Positions 1 through 10,183 are shown, numbered from the stretch's first letter. The stretch is 45,453 nt of DNA from Simkaniaceae bacterium (GCA_050248615.1 JBFWSA010000019.1:1-45453); one strand, 5' to 3'. Notes: a model not told the origin generated them from the sequence alone. Translations and numbers: made by a program.

Positions 1-348
1 TTCCATCACCTGGAAAGTTTGTGATCCCGTTAAAATGTATTGTCCATATTTGCGTCGGTTTTGATCCACTCGTATTTTGATATAGGGGAGAAGTTGAGGA
101 GCATATTGGATTTCATCAATAATGATAGGAGTTTGATAATGACTTAGGAAAAGTTCTGGGTCATTTTTTGCTAGCTCCTGTTTCTGAGGGTCATCTAGAT
201 TCACATAGGAGTAATCTTTTAAAGAGTGTTGGAGTAGGGTAGATTTACCTGCCTGTCTAGCCCCAGTAATAAGGACTACAGGAAAATGGGCCCGAGCTTC
301 TTGAAGCGCTTCCTCGATTTTTCTCTTATAATAGACTTTCTGTTCCAT
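1..348 (-). CDS. AAA+ ATPase (AAA_14/DUF4143-type), N-terminal part; runs off the window
   Basis: Not in the ORF track. Manual translation from ATG at 348 gives MEQKVYYKRKIEEALQEARAHFPVVLITGARQAGKSTLL...IIIDEIQYAPQLL...YILTGSQTFQVME, with Walker A (GARQAGKS), Walker B (IIIDEIQ) and the LTGS motif. Confidence 0.9.
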   Translation of the reverse strand, partial: MEQKVYYKRKIEEALQEARAHFPVVLITGARQAGKSTLLQHSLKDYSYVNLDDPQKQELAKNDPELFLSHYQTPIIIDEIQYAPQLLPYIKIRVDQNRRKYGQYILTGSQTFQVME

Positions 349-378
349 AACCTTAATTGTATCAAAGATTTAATTTTG

Positions 379-419
379 AAACAAGCAATTTGAAAGTCAG
401 ATTTTCAAATTGTTTGTTT
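379..419. promoter_or_regulatory. 17-bp inverted repeat with 7-nt spacer upstream of the AAA ATPase gene (operator or hairpin)
   Basis: AAACAAGCAATTTGAAA-GTCAGAT-TTTCAAATTGTTTGTTT; arms match 16/17. Function is not determinable from sequence. Confidence 0.5.
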
Positions 420-480
420 TCGATTTAAAGATTTAATGTTGAGTGAATTAAATCAATATTCGAACAGGGGAATAAAAAAA

Positions 481-576
481 GCCGGAGAGTGCTCCCAGCA
501 TAAAACGATATCCTGAAGGCTGCTACATTCCTGTCCTGACCTGGTTCGGATGGCCTTACTCTAAAAGTTCCCCGGC
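481..576 (-). ncRNA. ffs: Signal recognition particle 4.5S RNA
   Basis: The minus strand reads GCCGGGGAAC...CCAGGTCAGGACAGGAATGTAGCAGCC...CTCTCCGGC followed by a T-run. This has the SRP domain IV motif with a GGAA tetraloop and paired termini; length ~96 nt. Confidence 0.9.
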
Positions 577-590
577 AAATAATGATTTTA

Positions 591-3500
591 TCAAAGAGAG
601 GGGTTTTGGGCAAGATACCGTGCTGTATAAGAGGTGGGGTGCTTGGCCACGGCTTCGGGGGTGCCGGCTGTCACGAGGGTTCCTCCCTCTTCGCCGGCGT
701 CGGGGCCGAGGTCGATCAGATAATCGGCGTTGCGCATGATATCTAAGTTATGCTCGATGATCACAACGGTATTTCCTTTGTCGACGAGGGAGTGAAAGAT
801 GGGAAGGAGTTTAGCGATATCGTCTGCGTGAAGTCCAATGGTGGGTTCATCAAAAAGGTAAAGGGTTTTTCCCGTTCCCCGTTTGGCGAGTTCTCTTGAA
901 AGACGCATCCGTCCCGCTTCTCCCCCTGATAGGGATTGAATTTCTTGTCCAAGGGTTAAGTATCCCAGTCCTACTGAAATGAGGGTTTCTAAGGTTTTTT
1001 GCAATTTAGGAATAGGGGGGAGAAATGTGGTGGCTTCTTCAACGGTTAAGTGGAGGAGTTCTCCAAAATTTTTCCCTTTATACTTCACATTTAAGCTGAG
1101 GGGATTGAGGCGATTGCCTTTGCAGGCATCACAGGTCACTTTAAGGGAGGGAAGGAATTGTAAGCGGATAGTTTTAAAACCGAGTCCCCAACAAGAGCGA
1201 CACATTCCTTTGAGATGGTTATAGCTAAAATGTTTAGGCTTCAAACCGCGGGCTGCCGCTTCAGGAAGGGAAGCGAAAAAATGGCGTAGGGGAGCGTTGG
1301 CTTCACTATAGGTACTCACATCGGCACGGATGGTTTGTCCAATGGGGTTTTGGTCGATGGCGATGAGTTTATTAAAGGCAGAAAGACCCGAAAGGGTGGC
1401 CCCTTCGACTTGAGTAGTATCGCTCGTTGAACGGGTGGCTAAATGGGTTTGTACCCCTTTTTTCACGATGTCATGCATGAGTGTCGATTTTCCTGAACCT
1501 GAAACGCCTGTCACACACGTGAAAACGCCTAGGGGAATTTGAACGGAGAGGTTCTTGAGGTTGTGTTTAGTGGCATTTTCTATATTGAGGAAGGATTTGG
1601 CTTTCCTTCTTTTTTGGGGAAGAGGGAGGGTTTTCTTTTGACTGAGGTAGGCACCGGTCAGGGAGTTTTTGTTCTTTTTAATTTGCGCAAGGGTTCCTTG
1701 GGCGGTCATCTCTCCCCCTAAGCGTCCTGCGGCAGGGCCAAAGTCAAAGATGTGATCGGCAATTTCCAAGGTGAGGGGATCATGTTCAACCAGTAAGAGG
1801 GTATTTCCTAAATCTTTGAGTCGTATTAAGGCTTCGTTGAGGCGCTTGTTGTTGTGGGGGTGGAGTCCAATCGTGGGTTCATCAAGGACGTAGAGACACC
1901 CCGTGAGACCACTTCCCAGTTGACGGGCTAAGTGAATGCGTTGGGTTTCGCCTCCGCTGAGTGTGGGAGCACTACGGGAAAGGGCTAAATAATCGAGTCC
2001 AATGTGGCAGAGAAAAGAGAGGCGATTTTTGAGTTGGTCCAGAATGTCCTGTAGTTCTTTGGAGCCTGGAATTTGTGTGATGAAATCTAACGCTTCTTTT
2101 AGAGGGAGGTCGCACAATTTCCCGATCGTCATCTCTCCGATGCGCACATGGCGTGCTAGAGGGTTTAAGCGCTCTCCTGCACAAGCGCGGCAAGGCGTTT
2201 GCTCTAAGAGGGGGAGAATCGATTCTTTTAAGGAGCGCACTCCCGCCTTTCCTATTTTGGCAAAGGTGGCATTGATCCCCACCCATTTGAGTTCCATTCC
2301 GTCGTAATTGAAGTAATGGGGAGAGCCATTCAGAAGGATTTGGAGTTGTTTAATGGGGAGTTTGTAGAGGGCGCTATCGGGATCGATGGCTTCTTCTTTC
2401 AAAAAGGCTAAGAAAACATCTTCCGCAAGATCTGTTGCCTCTTCTTTCCATAGCTTCATCATGAGATTGTAAGGGGAAAGGGACATGATTTTGTCGTGAT
2501 GCAAAATATTGGCTCCCCATTCGAAACCAAGTCCTAAGCAATCGGGGCACATCCCTTCGTCTGCATTGAATGAGAAGGTGTGTGGGGTGAGGGGGGGATA
2601 GGTTTTTCCGGTGCTCGGAACGGCAAAGGCTAAGTTATAGAGGGTATCTTTTTCATCTGTTGCAATGGTAAAGGGTTCTTTGGTGAGGCGTGTCGCTTGT
2701 TCAATGGCTTCAAAGAGGCGTTTTTCAATACCAGGGCGAATCGCAATGCGGTCGACAACGAGAAAGAGGGTATTTTTCCGATTGGGTTGATAGGGAATCT
2801 CTTCATCAAGTTTGTAATACTCTCCGTTAAGGCGGATACGTAAGAAACCTTGTTGCGTAAGATTTTCCTGAATTTGTTCTAGCGTTTCTTGGCGACTCAC
2901 CTGGATGGGGGAGAGGATGTGGAGGCGTGTATTTTCAGGAAGTGCCATCAGATGATCGACAACGTATTCTTTGCTGATCGCTTCAATCTTTTCACCGGTC
3001 TCGGGGCAGTAGGCAGTTCCCTTGTGGGCATAAAGGAGGCGCAGAAAGTCATAGACTTCTGTCATCGTTCCAATCGTGGAGCGGGGGTTTCCTGCATGGT
3101 GTTTTTGTTCAATGGCAATCGAAGGGGAGAGTCCCTCAATTTCTTCTACCTTGGGTTTGGGCATTTGTTTCACAAATTGACGCGCATAAGAGGAGAGGGA
3201 TTCAATGTAGCGTCTTTGCCCTTCGGCATAAATCGTTTCAAAAGCAAAAGAGCTTTTTCCCGATCCAGAAGGGCCTGTGCACACAGAAATTTTTCCACGC
3301 GGAATTTCTAGACTGAGGTTTTTTAAGTTATTCTGATTGCATCCATAGGCTTGGATAGAGCTTAGGGGCTTTGTTGAGGAAGGGAGATGTTTACGGGGCT
3401 CTTTCTTTTTTGCGTTTAAGGCTACACCTGTCGGGGTCGAACGTTTGGCTAGGGATTCTGGAGTTCCACAATCGAGGATTTCTCCTCCCCCTTTTCCCCC

Positions 3501-6218
3501 TTCAGGCCCTAAGTCAATGATCCAGTCGGTGGTTTTGACAAGGTCCATATTGTGTTCGATCACAAGGACAGTATTTCCCGCGTCCACTAGGTGTTGCAGA
3601 ATCGCAATCAACTTGCGAATATCATGGAAGTGAAGTCCGGTAGTGGGTTCATCGAGAATATAGAGGGTTTTTCCTGTTGCAGGACGGATCATTTCGCGTG
3701 CGAGCTTAATACGCTGAGCTTCTCCTCCTGACAGAGTGGTGGAAGATTGTCCAAGGGTAATATAGCCCAAGCCAACTTCCTTCAGGAGGGATAGCTTGCG
3801 CTCGATTTGGGGAATATTTTCAAAGAAAAGGAGCCCTTTTTCAACAGTCATTTCTAAGACATCGTGAATGCTCTTTTGTTTATAGAGGATAGAAAGGGTT
3901 TTGGGGTCAAAGCGTTTTCCTTCGCAAAGGGGGCAGGTGATCCAAGCGTCTTCTAAGAAATCCATATCTAAACGGATCATTCCCATCCCGCGACATTCGG
4001 TGCACGATCCCTCTTGGACATTAAAGCTAAAGCGTCCCGGTTTAAACCCTGCCGCTTGACTTTCGGGGAGTTTGGTAAAGAGATCGCGGATATCGTCAAA
4101 GACCTTAATATAGGTACTGGGGTTAGAGCGGGGGGTTCTCCCAATAGGAGTTTGATCGATTGCAATCACTTTATCTAGGTGCTCAATTCCCGTGATTTTT
4201 TTGTATTTCCCTACCTTGTGTTCCGCGCGGTGGAGGTGGTTGGCTAAAGCGGGATGGAGAATATCGGTAATTAAGGAAGATTTTCCTGAACCCGAGACAC
4301 CGGTGACTGCGACGAATAATTCTAAGGGGATATCCACTGTCACCTGTTTCAAATTGTGATGCTCAGCACCTACAATGGTGAGTTTCTTTGCTGTTGGTTT
4401 ACGCCGCTTTTTCGGAATAGGAATCGTTTTCTTCCCCCCTAAGTAATCGCCTGTTAGGGAGCGGGGAGCCTGAATCAAATCGGCAATTTTACCTTGAGCA
4501 ACGATTTCTCCTCCGAGAGATCCCGCTTCAGGACCAATATCGACGATGTGATCGGCAGCCTCCATCGTCTCTTCATCATGCTCTACAACGATAATGGTAT
4601 TCCCCCGGTCACGGAGAGACTCTAAAGTAGCGATGAGTTTGGTATTATCGCGGGGATGAAGGCCGATAGAGGGTTCATCTAAAATGTAGGTCGTTCCCAC
4701 AAGTCCACATCCAATTTGGGAAGCGAGGCGAACGCGTTGCGCTTCTCCTCCCGAAAGGGTGGGGGCTGTCCGTTCGAGCGCAAGGTAATAGAGTCCCACA
4801 CTCAGGAGGAAGGAGAGGCGCTTTTTGATTTCCAAAATTAAATCGTGGGCGATCCTTTCTTCAAAAGGGGTGAGGCGGAGTGTTTCCAAAAAACAGTGGA
4901 CCTCTTCGATCGTCATTTGTGTGAGCTCATGAATCTTTTTCCCTCCCAGTTTAGTCGCTGCGGGGTAGGGTTTGATGCGCGCTCCCTTGCATTCGGGGCA
5001 AGTCGTTTCATGCATGAGCGTTCCCATTTTATTGCGATAGACGTCACTTTTGGCTTCTGAAAACCGCTTTTTTGCTTCGTAAAGGATCCCTCGCCACTGG
5101 ATATACTCGGTCCAAACCGTTTTTTTCTCAGGATGGACAAAGCGCATCTTCGTCCACTTTTTTTGATTTCCATACAGGAAGATCTTTTGGGCACTGGAAG
5201 AGAGTTTTTCCCAAGGGGTATGAACGCTGAATTTATAGAGGGTCGCTAAGTTGTTATAGACATTGCCCCATTTCACGGTTTGGTAGGAGCTAGCAATTGC
5301 GCAACAATCTTCAGCAATACTCAAGTGGGGATCGATAATTTTTTCTAAGTCAAAATCTTGGATGATGCCAAGCCCTTCACAAGTCGGGCACATCCCTGAG
5401 GGGTGGTTAAAAGAAAAATCTTGGGGTTCGAGAGGGGAGTAAGAGATTTCCGATTTTTTTGCGAAGGCATGTTCTGAAAAAAGGGTTTCTTGTTTGTCAG
5501 AAAGGTTGAGGATGCTCATCACCCCTTGACCGAGTTCGAGGGCACGCTCAACGGCTTCTGCGACTCTTTTCCCTTCCCCTTTTTTTAAAAGGATACGATC
5601 GATCACTAAATCGATGTCATGAGCCGTTTTTTTATCCACCTCTAGGGGCTGTTCTAAATCGACAATTTCTCCATCGAGGCGAATCCGCATAAATCCTTTA
5701 CGCATCAGTTCTTCGAAAAGATCTTTAAATTCCCCCTTTTTTCCTTTGATATGGGGGGACAGAATGATGAGCTGGGATTTTTCGGGGAAGTTTTCAATTG
5801 TCGCAATGATGCGCTCAGCACTTTGGGGCTCTACTTTTTCTCCACTTACAGGGCAGTGAGGGGTTCCCACACGCGCAAAAAGGACACGTAAGTAGTCGTA
5901 GATCCCTGTAATGGTGCCCACCGTCGAACGGGGATTACGCCCCGCTGTTTTTTGTTCAATCGCGATGGTCGGAGAGATCCCTTCGATCAGATCTGCTTCG
6001 GGCTTGGGCAAATTACCCATATAGCGACGGGCGTAGTTGGAGAGGGATTCAATGTAGCGCCGTTGCCCTTCAACATAAATCGTATCAAAGGCAAGAGAGG
6101 ACTTTCCCGATCCAGAGACTCCGGTGAAAACAATAAAAGTTCCCGGATCAAGCTTTAGGTTTATCCCTTTTAAATTATGAACGCGTACGTTCTTAAGAGA
6201 GATCGATTGCTTTTCCAT
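591..6218 (-). CDS. uvrA: Excinuclease ABC subunit A, double-length chlamydial type (two fused UvrA units)
   Basis: 1875 aa with four Walker A motifs (GxSGSGKS), four LSGGE signatures and zinc-finger CxxC motifs. Confidence 0.97.
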   Translation of the reverse strand: MEKQSISLKNVRVHNLKGINLKLDPGTFIVFTGVSGSGKSSLAFDTIYVEGQRRYIESLSNYARRYMGNLPKPEADLIEGISPTIAIEQKTAGRNPRSTVGTITGIYDYLRVLFARVGTPHCPVSGEKVEPQSAERIIATIENFPEKSQLIILSPHIKGKKGEFKDLFEELMRKGFMRIRLDGEIVDLEQPLEVDKKTAHDIDLVIDRILLKKGEGKRVAEAVERALELGQGVMSILNLSDKQETLFSEHAFAKKSEISYSPLEPQDFSFNHPSGMCPTCEGLGIIQDFDLEKIIDPHLSIAEDCCAIASSYQTVKWGNVYNNLATLYKFSVHTPWEKLSSSAQKIFLYGNQKKWTKMRFVHPEKKTVWTEYIQWRGILYEAKKRFSEAKSDVYRNKMGTLMHETTCPECKGARIKPYPAATKLGGKKIHELTQMTIEEVHCFLETLRLTPFEERIAHDLILEIKKRLSFLLSVGLYYLALERTAPTLSGGEAQRVRLASQIGCGLVGTTYILDEPSIGLHPRDNTKLIATLESLRDRGNTIIVVEHDEETMEAADHIVDIGPEAGSLGGEIVAQGKIADLIQAPRSLTGDYLGGKKTIPIPKKRRKPTAKKLTIVGAEHHNLKQVTVDIPLELFVAVTGVSGSGKSSLITDILHPALANHLHRAEHKVGKYKKITGIEHLDKVIAIDQTPIGRTPRSNPSTYIKVFDDIRDLFTKLPESQAAGFKPGRFSFNVQEGSCTECRGMGMIRLDMDFLEDAWITCPLCEGKRFDPKTLSILYKQKSIHDVLEMTVEKGLLFFENIPQIERKLSLLKEVGLGYITLGQSSTTLSGGEAQRIKLAREMIRPATGKTLYILDEPTTGLHFHDIRKLIAILQHLVDAGNTVLVIEHNMDLVKTTDWIIDLGPEGGKGGGEILDCGTPESLAKRSTPTGVALNAKKKEPRKHLPSSTKPLSSIQAYGCNQNNLKNLSLEIPRGKISVCTGPSGSGKSSFAFETIYAEGQRRYIESLSSYARQFVKQMPKPKVEEIEGLSPSIAIEQKHHAGNPRSTIGTMTEVYDFLRLLYAHKGTAYCPETGEKIEAISKEYVVDHLMALPENTRLHILSPIQVSRQETLEQIQENLTQQGFLRIRLNGEYYKLDEEIPYQPNRKNTLFLVVDRIAIRPGIEKRLFEAIEQATRLTKEPFTIATDEKDTLYNLAFAVPSTGKTYPPLTPHTFSFNADEGMCPDCLGLGFEWGANILHHDKIMSLSPYNLMMKLWKEEATDLAEDVFLAFLKEEAIDPDSALYKLPIKQLQILLNGSPHYFNYDGMELKWVGINATFAKIGKAGVRSLKESILPLLEQTPCRACAGERLNPLARHVRIGEMTIGKLCDLPLKEALDFITQIPGSKELQDILDQLKNRLSFLCHIGLDYLALSRSAPTLSGGETQRIHLARQLGSGLTGCLYVLDEPTIGLHPHNNKRLNEALIRLKDLGNTLLLVEHDPLTLEIADHIFDFGPAAGRLGGEMTAQGTLAQIKKNKNSLTGAYLSQKKTLPLPQKRRKAKSFLNIENATKHNLKNLSVQIPLGVFTCVTGVSGSGKSTLMHDIVKKGVQTHLATRSTSDTTQVEGATLSGLSAFNKLIAIDQNPIGQTIRADVSTYSEANAPLRHFFASLPEAAARGLKPKHFSYNHLKGMCRSCWGLGFKTIRLQFLPSLKVTCDACKGNRLNPLSLNVKYKGKNFGELLHLTVEEATTFLPPIPKLQKTLETLISVGLGYLTLGQEIQSLSGGEAGRMRLSRELAKRGTGKTLYLFDEPTIGLHADDIAKLLPIFHSLVDKGNTVVIIEHNLDIMRNADYLIDLGPDAGEEGGTLVTAGTPEAVAKHPTSYTARYLAQNPSL

Positions 6219-6262
6219 AGGAAAGAGTATAAATTAAAAGGGAATTCGGTATAAGGATTAAT

Positions 6263-8065
6263 ATGCGTACGAGAACAAAAATTATCTGTACTTTAGGTCC
6301 TGCGACGAAGAGTTATGAAAAAATTTTACAACTCATTGATGCGGGAATGAATGTGGCGCGTATTAATATGAGTCATGGAACCCATGAAGAGTATTTAGAG
6401 ACGATAGAACTTTTAAAAAAGGCGCGCGCGGAAAAGAAGGTCCCTTTAGCTATTATGCTCGATACCAAAGGTCCTGAAGTACGTGTGGGGCATTTAGATG
6501 AGGGGTTTATTGCTCTTGAGAAGGGGCAACATCTTAAAATTACAAAAAATCCTCAGAAAGGGGAAATTACCATTACCCCTTTTTCTGTTATCAAAGACAT
6601 TAATCACGGAGCGCAAGTTCTCTTTGATGATGGGTATATTACCTCAAAAGTGGTGGAGAAACATCCCGATTTTCTGGTGGTAGAGATCGAAAACCCCGGA
6701 GTCCTTAAGTGTCATAAAGGGGTTAATATTCCCCATGCAGACCTCGATCTTCCTGCAGTGACTGAGCAAGATGAAAGGGATATTGCTTTTGGGTGCAAAC
6801 ACGGGATGGATTTACTGGCCGCTTCCTTTATCCGGAGTGCGGAACATGTTTTAACGATCAAAGGGCTTTTGGCAGAACATGGGGGGAGCCATGTTTTGGT
6901 CATTTCGAAAATTGAAAATGCTTTAGGAGTCAAAAACTTTGATAGTATTTTGCAAGTCTCAGATGGAATCATGGTCGCGAGAGGGGATTTAGGGGTAGAG
7001 CTTCCAGTGACACACATCCCGAAGCTTCAAAAGGTGATGATTCGCAAATGTTATCAATCTTTTAAGCCCGTGGTGACAGCAACGCAAATGCTTGAGTCCA
7101 TGATTAACAGCCCCCGTCCCACCCGAGCTGAAGTCTCAGATGTTGCGAATGCGATCTATGATAGTACATCAGCTGTCATGCTCTCAGGAGAAACGGCAGT
7201 GGGTAAGTATCCTATAGAAACCGTTAGACTCATGAAGAGTACTATTCTTGAAGCTGAAAAGGATTTTCATTATGAAGACTTTTTCTATAATGACGCTGCA
7301 CGCCAAGTATTTAATGACATCTCCTCCTCTGTAGCATTAGCGGCGGTAAAAACTGCCTATAGTGCCCATGGAAAGGCTCTTGTTGCCCTTACAACGAGTG
7401 GATTTACAGCGCGCATCATGGCTCGATTCCGCCCCAGAATGCCCATTATTGCAGTGACTCCCAATGAAAACACTTACCACCAACTCGCTTTTATTTGGGG
7501 AACGGTTCCTGTTCATGCCAAAGTCGGGAATGTCAAAGAGGGAGTGCAACGCGCCAGTTGTTATATGCTCACCAACAAGTTAGTCCGATATGGAGATTTG
7601 ATGGTGATCACGTCGGGAACTCCTTTTGGGATTACCGGGACGACAAATGTGATGCTTGTTGATAATATTGGAGACGTTCTCGTCAGGGGGCTTCCAGGAA
7701 AAGGGAAAAAGGTTCATGGAAATGTGACCCTCCTTCTGACTGTTGACCCCCATACAAAACATGAGACACAAGGGAAGCTTGTTGCCTTATCCCACTGTGA
7801 TGAAGCATTTGAATCCCATTTGAGAGGTTCTTTGGGGATCATTCTCCAAAACCACCCAGATGACACCCATTCTGAAGAGCAAGCAAAAGAGATCGCTCAG
7901 CACTTACACATTCCCCTCCTTGTGCGTGCGGATGGGGCGTGCACCATTTTGAAAGAGGGGCAGATGGTCACACTTGATCCCATCAAAGGGCTGGTTTTTG
8001 AAGGGATTGTGGAATCTGAGGATGAAATGCTTCATCAAGTTTGTAAAATGAACCTATCCCACTAA
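6263..8065 (+). CDS. pyk: Pyruvate kinase with C-terminal PEP-utiliser (swivel)-like domain
   Basis: Motifs RTKIICTLGP, DTKGPEVR, DGIMVARGDLGVE, TATQMLESM and AVMLSGETA. The last five residues (MNLSH) and the stop are encoded by element A1. Confidence 0.97.
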   Translation: MRTRTKIICTLGPATKSYEKILQLIDAGMNVARINMSHGTHEEYLETIELLKKARAEKKVPLAIMLDTKGPEVRVGHLDEGFIALEKGQHLKITKNPQKGEITITPFSVIKDINHGAQVLFDDGYITSKVVEKHPDFLVVEIENPGVLKCHKGVNIPHADLDLPAVTEQDERDIAFGCKHGMDLLAASFIRSAEHVLTIKGLLAEHGGSHVLVISKIENALGVKNFDSILQVSDGIMVARGDLGVELPVTHIPKLQKVMIRKCYQSFKPVVTATQMLESMINSPRPTRAEVSDVANAIYDSTSAVMLSGETAVGKYPIETVRLMKSTILEAEKDFHYEDFFYNDAARQVFNDISSSVALAAVKTAYSAHGKALVALTTSGFTARIMARFRPRMPIIAVTPNENTYHQLAFIWGTVPVHAKVGNVKEGVQRASCYMLTNKLVRYGDLMVITSGTPFGITGTTNVMLVDNIGDVLVRGLPGKGKKVHGNVTLLLTVDPHTKHETQGKLVALSHCDEAFESHLRGSLGIILQNHPDDTHSEEQAKEIAQHLHIPLLVRADGACTILKEGQMVTLDPIKGLVFEGIVESEDEMLHQVCKMNLSH

Positions 8066-8380
8066 TCCATTTCCAGTATTTTTTGCCTTTTCTGCTGATT
8101 TTTCCCTTCATTTTGAGGCCTTGTCTATTTGACAATGTCCTCAAAATGAAGGAAAAAAATCTTCAAGAAAAACCTATAGCTAGATTTGTTTAAAATTGGG
8201 AAGATTTATCTGGATCTTTCCGTTGTCTTTCGACTTCTTAAAATCTCTCCTTGTCTGATGGACAATGTTTTCGATTTTAAGAAGCCAAAATCCATCAAAA
8301 ATCTCTCACCTAAATCCTCCCAATTTTAAACAAATCTAGCTATAAAAACCCCCTTAAATGGATTAGTGAGATAGGTTCAT
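8048..8380. mobile_element. Palindromic MITE-like element A1, interrupted by nested element D
   Basis: 25-bp TIR ATGAACCTATCCCACTAATCCATTT (24/25 match). Central hairpin TTCATTTTGAGG-CCTTGTC-TATTT-GACAATGT-CCTCAAAATGAA. Length is 165 bp after removing D. Near-identical to 24424-24568 in the opposite orientation. Confidence 0.9.
8175..8344. mobile_element. Palindromic MITE-like element D, nested inside A1
   Basis: Perfect 27-bp TIR TATAGCTAGATTTGTTTAAAATTGGGA. Central hairpin CTTCTTAAAATC..CCTTGTC-TGATG-GACAATGT..GATTTTAAGAAG. TA at both ends. Confidence 0.9.
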
Positions 8381-8467
8381 AAATCATAATAATTAAAATA
8401 ATTTTTATTTTTGTTTTTAATTACATAATAAATATAATGTCGCCATTAGTTAATTAAATGGTGTGTT

Positions 8468-9250
8468 ATGGCGTCAATTAAAGACTTTTCTTACCGCAAA
8501 GCAGATTTCTTTGGCCCTCAGGCTGATCAGCTTACAGATTTACTAGGGTCAGTACCCATTGAGCATTTCATTGCGGGGTGTGACGCCCCAAAAGTTCGAG
8601 CCATTAATGCTTTAGCCGAGGCGCGTGTCCTGTGTCAGGAGTGGCCTGAGTGGCAGCGAGAAGATGGTTCTCTTATCTATGATAAACTCCCCGAAAGTGT
8701 AAGAAAAATTTTTAAACCCTCTTATCTCGATGCCAAAGGGTATATAGATATTCAAGGGTTACAAATCTTCGAAAAATACACACTCGTTGGTTGCGCTCGA
8801 CACCAAAAAATAGCAAGTCATCTCGAATCGCCCTGGGATCGTCAAGATGTAGAGGAAATGGTGGCCTGTCCTTCCCTTGCGATACGTTTGCAACAAGGGC
8901 CTGGTTTTGATCCTAGGGAGCATCAAGAAATCCTTCTAGAGGAGACTCCAACGCTTACCCTAAAACGGGAAGGGATCCTAGTTCCTTTATATCGCAGTTT
9001 AAGTGACCTTATTGAGGGGAGATCTAAAGATGCTCAGGCAAATGGGGAAATAGCCCGTTTCCAAAAGATTTGGGATTATGCGATTGCCCAACCCCAACTC
9101 GACGTTCCCAAACAAGAGGAAGGCTCTCCTTCATATCTCATGCCTACTGTTATCGGGTTGTCTTTATTAGGCCTGATCACTCTAGCCGGACGAAACATAC
9201 ACTTACGGTTCTCTACCATCGTCTCGAAATGTTTGCCCACTTTCAAATAA
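8468..9250 (+). CDS. Hypothetical protein with C-terminal membrane anchor
   Basis: 260-aa ORF after an AT-rich promoter-like region (TATAAT near 8433). Hydrophobic segment YLMPTVIGLSLLGLITLAG near the C-terminus. No family recognised. Confidence 0.75.
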   Translation: MASIKDFSYRKADFFGPQADQLTDLLGSVPIEHFIAGCDAPKVRAINALAEARVLCQEWPEWQREDGSLIYDKLPESVRKIFKPSYLDAKGYIDIQGLQIFEKYTLVGCARHQKIASHLESPWDRQDVEEMVACPSLAIRLQQGPGFDPREHQEILLEETPTLTLKREGILVPLYRSLSDLIEGRSKDAQANGEIARFQKIWDYAIAQPQLDVPKQEEGSPSYLMPTVIGLSLLGLITLAGRNIHLRFSTIVSKCLPTFK

Positions 9251-9465
9251 AAAGGCTTTTGCAACGCGAATAACTTTTGGGCTAAGACTGATCCAGCTAT
9301 GGCCAGCCCCTACGACACAATGTTCATGAGGGGTATTTAAGAACGTTTCTTTGACGGCGACTTTTCCATCATTGCTCTCTTTAATAAAAGGGTTAAACCC
9401 TAGATTTCCTGCAATCACGAGAACCTTTTTGGTAGGGGGAAATGGTCCCAAGTGTTGGAAGTTGG

Positions 9466-9629
9466 TATACTCAAACAACTTCAAAAGTTGGATTTTCGGC
9501 TGCGCCAAAGCACCGTAATTTGCCGATCTTAAAAGACCTCATATTTCTAATATTAGGTCTTTTAAGATCGACGAATTCCGAAAGCTTTCGCGCTAGCCCA
9601 AAACCAACTTTTGAAATTGTTTGAGTATA
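9466..9629. mobile_element. Palindromic element B1 (ERIC-like termini)
   Basis: 26-bp TIR TATACTCAAACAAYTTCAAAAGTTGG (25/26). Central hairpin GATCTTAAAAGACCT..AGGTCTTTTAAGATC. 160 bp plus a duplicated TA. Confidence 0.92.
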
Positions 9630-9660
9630 AAATCCATGAGCTCAGCCCCCGCATAGTCTC

Positions 9661-9829
9661 CTAGTGCCTGATCGTAAAAGTCCTTGCAGTAATTTTTGCG
9701 TGAAAGACCCGCGATTGAACTCCCGAAAAGCGCACTGTATTGCATTAATACAGCGTGCTTTTCGGAAGCTCAAGCCCGGGAACTTTGACGCTAAAAATTC
9801 TATGAAGGACTTTTGCAATCAGGCACTAG
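9661..9829. mobile_element. Palindromic element C
   Basis: 25-bp TIR CTAGTGCCTGATYGYAAAAGTCCTT (23/25). Central hairpin CCGAAAAGCGCACTGTATT-GCATT-AATACAGCGTGCTTTTCGG. Net insertion of 165 bp at C-TA-G. Confidence 0.92.
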
Positions 9830-10183
9830 AATCCAACGAAAAAAAGGATAATTTTTCAGTTTTCTTGCAAAAATAGCCCCTTGATTCGGGGGAGCAATTA
9901 AGACTGCTTTTCCCCTTTTGGCTTCTTCAGGACAGTCAGGATGATTGAGAGCTGCGCGCACAATGATCCCTCCGAGAGAATGAGTAATGAAATGGATCGG
10001 GAGTCCAGGGCGTCTTTCTGCAATAGCTTGGAGCATTTCGATGAGATCTTCGGCATGCTCTTCGATCCTCTTTTCTCGACTCGGATATCCCCAATTCACC
10101 ACTTCCCATCCGCAGGTTTCAAACGCCTTTTCAATCCGAGACATGTTTCGATGAGTACGCAAGAAGCCGTGAACACAGACAAG

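Noticed and set aside
425..613. 62-aa ORF downstream of uvrA
   Set aside because: It overlaps the SRP RNA, which explains the sequence.
591..6218. Double-length UvrA as a novel fusion
   Set aside because: Tandemly duplicated UvrA is the known state in Chlamydiota.
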